Program-made: the position numbers and the translations under genes
Shown here: piece by piece, positions 23,929-35,900 of the stretch
Position numbering within the stretch: position 1 is the first letter of the stretch
How the letters are laid out: each line of letters opens with the position of its first letter
The notes under the pieces: model-generated
Told to the model about the DNA's origin: nothing
Seen by the model: the letters and a program-made list of their open reading frames with translations, nothing else
Databases searched by the model: none
Source: Marsupella aquatica
Taxonomy: Eukaryota > Plantae > Marchantiophyta
Length of the DNA: 64,000 bases
NCBI GenBank assembly: GCA_973895155.1
Contig: OZ316893.1
Span: 2,438,430-2,502,429, forward strand
Direction: 5' to 3'

Positions 23929-26900
23929 ACAAGGGCATGGCTTCTGACTTGTCCTTCAGCTCCTACCTCACATTCTCCAGAACACCCTTGGAGAGGTTTC
24001 AGCCGTTTCAGCCACATAGGTGGAGGACCAATTATATATATGTTGAATTCCACCAGTTGGGCTTTGTGATAGGGTTAAGTGCTGCCTGCAGAAAAACATT
24101 TGATGTGAACAAGTGCCAAGTAACTTTGGAGTAAAGTTTTGTGAATGATTTTATACTAAGTAAATTAAATGGTTTCCTATTTGGTAGTGAAAATTAGAGA
24201 CACACTTCTTTGCACCTTAGATGTTTGAAATGAATATAAGAAATTGATGATTTCCAAAAGAAAAATTCCATCTTATTCAACAGTTGTATTTTGTGCTTGA
24301 GAGACCAAAGCTATGACTAATGTTTTAGTTATTTTTAGGTCAATGTTTTTAAAACATAATATTTTTTGTGGGTTCCTTTGGATTTCTGACAATTAGGGCT
24401 TAATGCTCATCCATTATGGCATTTTGTTCATGTTTTGATAGTATATTTATGTGATTTGCTGGAAACCTAGTTCAAATTTGCACAAATATATTGAAAGCAC
24501 TCTGTGGAATCGGGCACCAAGCCTCATGTCAATGGGTTGGCATATCACAACAGCAAGATTCAATTGAGAAACTAAGGAAATTGAGCAGCAAGAAAATAGT
24601 CCCCAACAAGAGCTCAAAGTTGAGAGAGCCTCCTTCATTTTTCTGAAGACAACAAAATCAATTTGTAAAAGACAAGAGATAACACATAATTTACGTCTAT
24701 ATTAATTTATGATCCGATAATAAACATTTTTGAGTGATATCTGAAAGAAGTTCTGATCATAGTCTGATGCCCGAAAGAAATTCCCTGTTGCAAACGGATT
24801 GTCTGACTCGAGTTTCCTACCTCTCCCGCAAGGCCCATTTTTGCCCCATATTTTGTTTTCCTTCACAAGGGTCTGGGCTCACAGCGCACCCTGGCTCACC
24901 CCCTTCAATTCTTCTTGCAATTGTCAAAGTCACCTTGAGGGAGACCATAGGAGTCCCATTGTGAGAGTGGGTGTGATGACAGAGATTGGATGTGAATTAG
25001 CTAGAATTCTGGATAATTTTCTGAACCCACAAACAATAGTTCTGTGATTAATGGAAAACAAACTAATAGCAGGGTACTTATTGTGTCACAAAAGAGTGGC
25101 AATCTAGTAATTCTTAGTCATAAAAATTATTTTAGAAATGTATTAAAAGTCTCTTGAGAGTTTTTTGCATGGTCCTGTATTAGTTAAACTGAAGACTCAG
25201 CCAGGGTGGCTGGATTGTGCAACTCTGAGGCCTGCCCTGAGTCCTCTGGTTGGATGCATCTAACTTTCATTGGGGAATGGACTGGTCTCCCGACTGGTCT
25301 TTCTTGGTGGAAAAGAGACGGTTCATCTTATTGCATTCCATCAGATGTTTTTAATTTGATAATAAACTTTTATTTCAAGATAGAAACTAGAACTTGCCAT
25401 GTCAAGCAGATTCAATGTGTATTGGGCCATATAACCAATATATATATATATATGACTGGGCAAATTTGAAGCCCGACTGGAGCTCCAAATTTGCTAAACT
25501 GCTCAGATGGAATTTTGCAAAGCAGATGGTAGTAGCGAAATCCCTTTCCCACTTATATAGTAACATCATATTACACCACCAAGTAAAATGATTGTGACTA
25601 GAAAATGAGATAGTAATCATTCTGTGGAAATTTTGTTATTCATTTTCAATGAAATTTGATGATACTAGGCTCATTGGAAAGATTTTTCCAAGCAGTTTCT
25701 ACAGCAGTTTCAATTGAACCCAAAAACAAGTTCTAGCTTCCACTGGATAATGAGGGAGACACAGAATGTCAAAGTTAGCTGCTCGTAAAAGCTTGGAAGC
25801 ACAGTGTGGACATTGAGTGCTGTCCTAGGAATATTTAGATATTCTTAGTTTTCTCAATTATTTATACTTAGCAACTAGAGATATGAGAGTGGCAGGAAGG
25901 ATCCTTCCAAGCCTGGCTCTTCTGATGAACTGGTCTATTTGGTTGGATATAAGGGAGATATCTTGAAGCTAGAACTCTGCTGTTGGATTTCTCTTAATTG
26001 TAAATGACAAAGGTATCAATTAGTCAAAGTGTAAACTGGGTCTAAGGTGGCGTCCATGGGGGTTGAATGGTTGGAGGCTAGGTCTATTGGAGCATCAATT
26101 CATAATTGAGCAGGTGTGGTACTATAGAAATTGCTCTTGTGCAGAACTCCTTTGAATTGTCAGAACAAAAATTGAGTATGGTCATCATATGAAATGAGAA
26201 AACCGTGGGATCAAGTTTTGGCTGTATAATTTGTTTGTAAGTTTTTCAGAATTGCAAAAAAGCAGGGCTGGCATGTTGGGGTTATTTGAGTCACTGGGTC
26301 AGGCCTGCGTTTAGCAGAAGTGAGGGTGGGGGGAATCGATTTGGGGAGGAAGAGCAGGGGTTGTCTACTAAATTAGACCCCATTCAGTCCTCAGTGTGAA
26401 AAGGAAAAGGGAACTATTGAGGTAACAAGAAATCGGGCTTTTTCTTTGATTTGGGTGGGGAGGAGAATTCTGCCAATAATTATCGATTCAAAAATGGATG
26501 AATCACTGGCATGGGGATCCAAAATGCCAGTAATTCACTCATAACCCATGCTCGTTCTGAAAGTCAAGAGTATAATCCAAGATTTTAGCTATGGCAAGGC
26601 AGTTCACTTTTCCTATTCACACCTGTACCATATAGTGAATGGAGTCTAATTTAGTGGACAGTGAGGAATCAACTCGAATACCGTTGTACCAAATCTTTTC
26701 AGCTACCAAAAGTCGATATCGACCATGCCAAGTTGGACTACTTTACAGAACCGATATCAAGCCGTTTGCCAAGGGAAAACCAACACAATCGTGGAGAGAA
26801 GAGGTCAATTGAGTCAGAAGGCATGCGTTCGGGACCCACCGCCAGTCGAGCTCAATGTTGCAGTCAAGCTTACTCTTAGGAATTTGCCAACACTATTGGG

Positions 26901-27980
26901 ACATCATCAACACGTCGGCCCAGAAAGCACCGTCTCAATTTGAATAAGTCAAATTGCTGGACGGTTCTAAGCTCCGCCGCAGGGCAATCCAGCAATCCAA
27001 GTTATAGCCGACATATACTCCGAGGTTCAGCTAGTGAACCTTACTGAAGATGTTCGAAATTCACCCCTAAAGACAAATTACTTCAGATATACCTTAGTTT
27101 GCCGTTTCATACCAACTATTATAATTGCAAAGTAACAAAACACAGAAAGGAAGTATTCAGACTGCAGCTGTCTTGCGCTTCTGTATTTGTGTTGAAATAT
27201 TTGTTCCTAAGAGAAGATTTGCCAACCATTTGCAATTGAATTACACGGTGACCCTACTGCTGCTTGCTTTGATATTTTATCAAGTAGTCTCCGGTTCTAG
27301 CATGTAGGAAGGAGACAGACGAACTGATTTGTGAAGTGTCACCATTCACGGAGGCGTACAAAACACTCCAAACGCTTCCACATTAACTTTCACGAGGATC
27401 CGACTCTGCCGGATTAGAGCATGCTCTGTCCCTCAATTTCTGGGGACTGTCTTGCTCTGACTTGCTGTTCTTGCGGCCCTTACTGAAAAGCAAAAGCACT
27501 ACCGAGGAAGGTACAGAGGTCTCTCCCATGATACATAGTCATGTGAAATCTTGGCTTTTTTTTCTTCTGTTGGGAAAATCCAAATGTATTGTTGCTCGGG
27601 TCCTTCATTCATTCATGCAAACAGGTCGGTACGTCCCTTGTGACTCTCCGCCTGATGCTTCCAAGGGGATGAAGCTTGGCTGGCCCTCATCGCGAGTTGC
27701 CCAGCCCCTTAATCTTAATTTCTAGATCCAAGCTTTCTAGATTAGGATCCAAGCTTTCCAATGCTGCGATCAGAATAAATTTTTAGGCTATATATACAGG
27801 ATTACCCATGTGGTCAATCCCCATTATAAATTCAAATGTGGTTAATGTAGCTAGCTCACCACTGCTCAATTTCGGTTGAATTGTTGAAAGACCCACAGCG
27901 CAATGTTATTTTGCGCGACGTTCTTTCGTTGTCGATCATAGTTACTTTATGAAAATGGAATATCTACAAATTGTGTCAAT

Positions 27981-30446
27981 TCAGAGCGGTCCATGTTTGC
28001 ACCATCTGGTATCCGCTTTCGTCTTGATCATCCAAAGCGCGAATGTCCAGAAAACAAACGTTGTAATAGCGAGGCCCTCATAGAGCCACACTGACCAGTA
28101 CGACTTCGGCACGCAGTCTTCATGGCCGAACTTGGGCACTCCATCAGTATCATACTTGAGCAGCGACTTTCGTTGGGATGGCTTGAAGCCCGTCGGCCAA
28201 AGAATGTACAACACGGGCAGCATCATGTGCGCACATGTCGTGAGCAGGAAAAAAGACAGGCCAAAAACGTAAAAGCTTTCCCCACAGTTATCCAGGCCGT
28301 AGTACTTCACAACCATGTGAAGCTTAGCGATGACCACGGTCACGATGATTATTGTGTAGGCTAAATGGAATTGAACATGTCGAATCTCACTCAGCTGCTT
28401 AATCCATGCTGACCGATTTCCTCTGGCGGCCTGTCTGTCGACGTTGCTGGTTGGTACGAATTTGAAAGTGGAGCTGTAAGAGAAGAAGCTTTCAAAGATC
28501 ATCTTAGAGAAGAATGGAGACATCCACCAGAAATGAGACTCGTCCCTGTTTCGGCTCTGAATGGACTGCGGTACTTGCAACCATAGGCACGTCCACATAA
28601 TGCGCCAGAGCATCAAATTGTAGCATAGGTTTACGATTTGTTCTCGGCTGTCCTCATCATTTCCGACGGTGAACTTGGGTTTCAATATGAGGGCACCCAG
28701 CAGAGAACCAACGAGAAGGAAATTGACGATGGAGAGAAAGTAGTAGCCTGAATGCCAAACATACAGGACTTTGAGCATAAAGTTGAGTTTGCTCTCTTTG
28801 CCGAGCATTGTTCTCCATGTGGCCCTGAACTGTTGCATGGCGCCCTGGCCCCACCTGCAGCGCTGCTTCACATATCCTTCAAAGGTCCAGGGTACCAGTC
28901 CAATTTGGAGCTTCTCGTTCAGGTAAACAGATCGGTAACCTTCTCTAAACAGAGCATAAGCAGTGGTAGTATCTTCTGTGATGGACTGAGGTTGGAATCC
29001 GCCAATGGCATTTAGATGTTTTCGCCTAAAGAGACACCCCGTACCGATGCACGTTGCACAACCCAGGGAATCTCTGTGCACCAGGACCTTGTCATAACCT
29101 AGAATGCTGGAGTCGTTCAACGGGTCGCCCAGTGGCAGGTTATAATATGACTGCGGTATCTGCACGAAAGCTATATCTGGAGAGTTTACAATGTGAGGAA
29201 GTAGCCTGCGAAGAAACGAAGGGTGGAGAATCATGTCCGCGTCCATCATCACCACGTATTCAGAGTTGGAGTGTTTCAGTCCATAATTCATGTTGCCACA
29301 TTTGAAGTGGTGTGGCACGCCTGGAGTCTGCACGAAAAGTAGGCATTGCAAAATTGGATGTTAAGTGAAGCAGTTGACAGTTATTAAGTCCACGCTGTTC
29401 ATGTCTACATTCAGTTCAATAACCATGAATCATTGAAGTAATAGGTGGTACCTTTTCTTTAGTATCATTGTGGAATCATTCACATATACTACATACATAC
29501 ATGACGACAATGCTACGAGCCACTTAGTTTTCTCAATTGTACTAATAGAGATCGAGAATAGCGAACGATCGAGGAAAATAATCATGATTCTCTTCCGTCT
29601 CTGCAATTGATTCAAGTCCCTTCTAACTTAGTTAACATGTGAGTCCGAATAATCCAGTAAGTTATATCTTCCTATACGTTCAAACCAAAGACGATTATGG
29701 CATGTCGTTCGTGTGATACAAAACTTACTCTAGATGATAGACTGGCAGGAACGCTGGACACCGGAAGATTTAATGATGGATCATATATAAAACAGTTCAC
29801 TCACCTTCTTCCTTCGCAAGTATACGACTTGGCCGCCGGTCTCCACCTGCATAGTCTCGCAAATCGCCTTGAGATCGTCATCTCCGCCATCGTCTAACAC
29901 CAGCACTTTGAATCGATCTAGAGGATAGTCCATTTTCAGTGCAGCACGAATGCTCTCAACTGGAACATCCGTGGGCTCTTTACAGCATGGCAGAAAAATG
30001 TGCACTGTTGGGTAGTAGTGACCATCCAGCTGAAGAGTCGGGCGTTTGCTGGGCGGCAAAAAATTGTCCATGGCCGCGATTACGCTGCTGACAAAGTATA
30101 CGAGCTCTATCCACAGCAGGAGCAGCAGCCATGGTGCGGTCAGTACTTCGGTCGCATTGCGCGCGTAGAGCCTCCCCTTCTGAAACAAGTAATTCAAGTT
30201 GGCGGCCAAATGGGCAACGATGAAGAAGCACGTCAGCATGTGCAGAAAGAGCTTCCGCGAGTATGTCGTGACGAAGGGATTTTTAGATTTCGGTTTGGCC
30301 TTGGCTTCGTACAACGAGACCTTCTCCTTATCCCACTCGAAGTCCTTCGCTGGCAGCAAGAACTCGTCCTCGCCAACATCATTGCTGAAGCCCTCCTTGC
30401 CAGGAATCTTAAAAAATCCGGTGTCATCGTCCGGCCTGGGTGCCAT
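27981..30446 (-). CDS. Processive GT2 glycan synthase (BcsA/fungal Tft1-like, moss arabinoglucan-synthase-like), 2 exons: 30446-29805 and 29327-27981, ~662 aa
   Basis: Phase-0 intron AAG|gtgagt...ttttcgtgcag|ACT. Motifs FLPCCKEP, VLVLDDG, PHHFKCGNMN, MDADM (DxD), FVQIPQ, GTGCLFRR, ITED and QRCRW (QxxRW). Two N-terminal and ~5-6 C-terminal hydrophobic segments. No plant CesA Zn-finger, P-CR or CSR inserts. Confidence 0.9.
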
Positions 30447-32842
30447 TTTGAAGCAAAAAAGGGCCTTTTATATGACCGTCAGAAGATTGCTGTCAATCAA
30501 TCCTTCGAAACACAATCACCGACTCGATCATTTGTCCATGGATCTGATCGAATCTGCAGGCCAATACAAATCATATTGTTTAGGGAGTGATCATTCCAAA
30601 TGCCGAAAATGTAAATATTAAGAGCATGATCACTCCGGGAATGTGCAAGGTGAGACGAACTAAACCACAGCCTAGTTACCGATGGTGAATCGATACATAT
30701 ATGCGTAATTGAGAGCTAGCTTAGATAGGACATACATCAGGCGGCCATGGACACTTCGGCGGACTTCGGCTGTGAGTCCTTTCTCGAACCTCACAAGAAG
30801 GTGGGTTCGGAGGACTGGAGCCTTCGCCACGTTTAGCCTTCCCTGGAGAGCAACTTATACTTTACAGCCAAATCCTGTTCGAGTTCAGGAAGTTGACTTC
30901 TGGATCGCTGTAGCTCAATCTCCAGTTGTGCAAAGCACGTCGTTAGACACTCCTCGCTACACTGATGGATTCACAGACAGTGCGCATGCAAAGGAATAAC
31001 AAGACCACTTTATAATGAACACACCTTCCTTCATGATTTCACCAATGGGATCATCTTATAATTTCTAGCTGGTCTGGTAGGGGTCTGGTACTGTAGTGCC
31101 AAGGCTGCACGCAGGGCATCTCTGCTTGCCTAAATTGATTGTCCGTTCTAGGGGCAATGGAATGCTGTTGTCATGAGAACAGTAAATTGGTCTGTCCCCG
31201 TGTTCCGCGACCCTGCAGGCTCATCCTGAGAACAAGTAAGTTCCAAGCTAGCTAGAACCCGCAGCGAATTCCGAAGAGCCTGCGAATTCATGCAGCTTCC
31301 GACTAAACCTGCGTCTTGGATGGCGCAATTCCGATCATTAGCTGCAACGATCCAGCGGATCTTACGGTGCCTTACAACAGTCAGCTTGAAATCAATTCAA
31401 TTAGTTGTAATTTTCTATTCAGACAGACATATGGAAAACATTTCTGTAAGCTCTCGCTAAATAGGAAACCCTTGTCATGCCTGTCAATGAGCTCATTATT
31501 GTACTCTAGACCGAGACAATTGAAAGATTTAATCAAGTGAGAGGGGCCTAATCTCTCATGCAGACATAAATGTGCACGGACTGGGATTTCAGAACGGAGG
31601 CTTGCAGAAGACGATAGCAAGTAAAACCCTTTAGCCCATGATAGTCCCTAGTGATTCATGCACCACATTTTGTGATCTCTGGAAATTTCTTTAGAATTGA
31701 CTCATTCAAGCGAAAGATGAAACCCATGTACTGCCTGTCAATGAGCTCATTGTTGTGAAATTGTACTCCAGTTAAAAATACTTGAAATTATAGTCAAGTA
31801 AGAGGAGGCATATTTTGTTATGCACATAAATTAATGAGCAGGGACCCTGGGTGATGACAATTGGACCACATTATGCTCCAGCCTGTTTCTGGTTCACATT
31901 CTGGAAGAAATGTCTGCTCTCATGGGCTTGGTAGTTGGTGGAAACTATTATACAAAAAATCAACAATATATAGAAGAATGGTTTCCCCTCAAGCCAGGTC
32001 CCATTAGAAACAGGATGATTGATTTATGTTATAAAAACACTAGTTGGGTTTATCGTGAAGTAGCAAATGTGTTCCACCTGTGAGCACTTGTCTCGCTGCA
32101 TGGTATACCGTAAAGTCAGAACTGGTCTGACCAGGCGTTGAGTATCAGTTGACAGAGAAGTATTGCTCGACTGCAAAGTGACTCACCAAATTAATTGAGC
32201 CCTTGGCAATGCCACCTTGTAATATTTTGTCTAATTGAGAGTTTCTGTTGTATATTTTTATTTCAATGGGCCATAACAAGGTGCACCACTTCCATTATTA
32301 TTCTAAATTATTTGGGCATCTCTCTTAAAGGTTTATAATCTTGCTATCCAAGAGCTCTGTGGACAGCTCATATTCTAAGTTCTCCTCATATTTTGGTTTC
32401 CTAAATTTTATGATTTTTATTATCATTAGCCTAACTAAGGCAAGTGAGTATCTTTTGTAACTCTCATGTGCACAACTTTTGTTGATTTGGGTGTCTTTGG
32501 GGCAAGTTAGAATCTATAATTTATGTGCACAACATTTCGAGACTTGTGTACTTGTACTTTTCCTCTTAATATTAGGTGTAATGCAATTTCTTTGGCATGT
32601 GCTATACTTTTATACTTGTATTTTATTCCACTCAATCTCATGAAATACTATGCAATAGCCATCTATACTGACATCACTACAATACAAAAAATGAATCATG
32701 TTTCAGAACTATATGACAACTATGGCATGCCAGCAAGAGCTTATTGTTGTGTTTTACTCTACACTAAGATTGTTGATCTTTTCTTTGATACGAATTGTTG
32801 ACCGGGTTACTTAGTTTAGCAGGAAGGAAATTTAGCTTACAA

Positions 32843-32967
32843 ACTTGCTTGGAGCAGAATTGATTTGAGCTTTTGACTCAATTTGTTGGGACGGCAGCTA
32901 ATGTCACTTGCTTGGACTATTGATTTGATCTTTTCACTTAATTTGTTGGGACGGCAGCTAAATGTCA
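32843..32967. repeat. ~62 bp tandem duplication
   Basis: 'acttgcttgga...attgatttga-ctttt-act-aatttgttgggacggcagctaa-tgtca' occurs twice. Confidence 0.8.
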
Positions 32968-35900
32968 TTACCAACTTAGCAGACGGTTAACTAAACTGCG
33001 GCTAAAATGGCTATACCAAAATTGCTCGTTCCTCTAAACTGAGAGTAGTGACAAACCGAGGTGACAAATAGAGAGATCAATCCAATGTCGAGGTCTATCT
33101 CAATGATTGTGATGGATAAAACTATACGAGATCCCAAAGTTCTAATTATTTGTGGGCCTGTAGTTTATGGCCCCAGAGTTTACATTACATAGTTTTGAAA
33201 GGCCTTTCTTTTTATCTAACTTCTAGTGACACAGATATATTGTCCACCTCCCTCCACCAGAAAATTTGCTGAAAATGGGTTAGACGTTCATCCATTTAAG
33301 ATATTACTAGCCGTAGGGAATCCATTATGCTGCAACCTCTGTTAACTGTCATTTCTTTTATCAGAAATGTTACAAAACCAGGTTGAGTGGCCACCAATTT
33401 TTGGAACATTCCATAAATATTCCAAATTAATAGGGGTACATGTATTTTTCATTGTTTATCTTTTTCCCTAAGGATCTCTTATAAGATACTGTAAAAGTAA
33501 TTAATGGAACTATGACTACAAAACAAAAAGTGAACCCAAAACTAAAGCATGTTCCAGGATGAACTTGTTATAATAAATAGTAAATCCAGGCTTGGGCTCT
33601 AGTACCCACAAAATGAGAGCCTTAGCCCAAGTTTTGGGGCTAGGTTTTGCCATGACAATGACCTATTAACAAAGAAATGTTACACTTTCATCCTCATCCT
33701 ATTTTTGATTTTGTTTCCCCTTTCCTCACACTCAAAGGTAAGCCCAAAGTTTATGTAAATTCAAGCATTCTTTTCGTTACCAAGAGACAGTCAAGTAGAA
33801 GACAAATATCAACGAAAAGTCACGAATAAAAAAATACCACAGGGTATCACGGCAGATTACAAGTGGTTTGAGTAGAGTATACCAACAGTTTGGTACACAC
33901 AGAAGATCCGACCTCGATACGACGAATGTGGAGAAAACGATGCTGTGAAGAAATACCACTTTGATCACGGACAAGCACAACGGCGCATCGTCAGGTTGCT
34001 CTGAGCTCACTGTGTCTCTTCCAGGCACGGAGCATTTTCTGGAAAGGCAAACAGTTGTACGTATTTTGCTTGCATACGAAGAAGTTCGGCCTTCAATTAA
34101 TCGATCGAAGAGATCCATTGATGGGATGACGACTGCTCGATCCCCAGGTAGAACGAAGGCGATCTGTGTAAAGAAAGCTGAACGTTTTCAGGTAAGGATC
34201 AGTCGATCACATCGATACGTGGTCGCCCAGCAAGCTAGCGTTGATTCGGACTGATTGGCAGGATTTTCCAGCGCCGCCTCCTGAGGCTCCTGAGCCTCCT
34301 GGGCCTCCTTCCAACCGCAAGATTTGAGCCGTTTCCGATTCTATGTGTGGGGCCACCGACAGCATGGACACATTCCATGGATCTCACTCTTTGAGCCTGC
34401 TTGCTAACTCCCTTGATCGGTTTCATGAAATCGAAGTTGGCTTTCAATGAATAGGATTCCAAAGCCAATGACTAGAATTCAATGGAATCATTCCAGTCAA
34501 AAAAGTGATCGAAGCTGGCGTCTGATGAGTCCCAATTCAACAGTTCGGGTCGTTGACTGGGTTTGAGACGACTTCTCGATTCTCGATTGTGTATTCTGAT
34601 GGAGTTTCCGACTTTCATTGAATGATGAATGCTGTGCGGGTGCATGAAATTTCACTCCGGTTATATCTGCAGCCTACGTGCGAAGTACAGTGCGGCCAAC
34701 CCAGCTGGAGCTCCCAAGTTATTAACATGCCCGGCTAGTCTCCGTTACGCTATTGGCAAGGTTTGCGCCGCTGACACTGGACTGGACAACCTGGCCACCG
34801 TGATTTGGTTGGAATTCGAATCCACATCACGATGGCGCAGCGCTGCTGGCTGGCGAGGGTGGGCAATCACTTTTTCCATGTCATCGGCTTTATGAGACCA
34901 ATGTCGGGCATGTATGAACACGTCCTGTCCAATCTCAACATTGTGGTTTTAATTCGAGCTGTTCAGACGTTCAGACCACCCGAAATTGTGCATGAATACG
35001 AAGGAAAATTGAACCTTCCTCAATTCCTGAGCACTCTGCATCGATCACGTCCATGACAAAACCCAACAAGCATGGCTTCTCTCCAAGCGAGAAGTACTCC
35101 TCGACTTAATTACCTGGATGATTGCGGTATCACGCACAACGTGCGCATATAGGATTTTGGCCTCAAGGATGACATAAGCTTAAATAATTACTTCTCTCAA
35201 TCATGGGTGACAGACCAATTGTGTCGTCACTTGTCGAGTTCCTGGGGAGGTGCTTTGCTTACGAACAAGCCACGGGTCCATTGAATAGTATCATTCAGGG
35301 ATGCTGTCAGGTTGAAACAACTCTTTGACCTAGAATTGCATCTGAAGCAATTTGAAGCGCTGTCAAAACTCATGCAATGGCGAAAGGTTCAAGGTACGGG
35401 TTGCCTTGCTTTCGTCTCGCTATATAGGAAATAATTACTATTTCTTTGTAATGAATTGCCTGGGATTATAATTAAGGACCAGTGTTTGTGGATCGCACCA
35501 GCTACCAAGACCCTCGCAAGGGAGATATCTGGTTGCAGAGCCACTGCAAGATGTCACTTTTGGTCACACCTCTCGCAAACTGTGGAGCATTTCACGACAG
35601 AAGACTCGACGTCACGAGAATGGCTGAAGGAGTTTTCTTGCCAACTCGGGAATCTGGGCAATCCACTAAATGGGACAAGTCCCACCGGTCCCACCGTGAC
35701 CTCCTTGATCTTCCTTCAAGGCAGTAGCGCAGAAGTTTGTCTCTAGAATGTACAGTAGCAGTAGGATACTAGACCTTCAGACAGTAGTGCTACTATCCAC
35801 TGTGAGCGTTGAGGGACCTGGATCTCTGGCTAATCCGATGGGAACGTGCATCACTGCATCCCGTGCTGGTGAACATTGTACAACCAACTTACTCGTTTAC

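Larger units (their letters stand above)
19825..23940 (+). repeat. Segmental duplication, copy 2
   Basis: Collinear homology with 9390-13792, with different insertions in the promoter-distal part. Confidence 0.9.

Noticed and set aside
24000-26600. Possible decayed LINE (QGPFLPHILF resembles the RT motif QGCPLAPYLF)
   Set aside because: Only one weak motif and no continuous frame. Cannot be supported without a search.
27981-30446. Bacterial contamination / bcsA operon
   Set aside because: It has a canonical spliceosomal intron, no bcsB/bcsZ or PilZ domain, and is embedded among plant genes and TEs.
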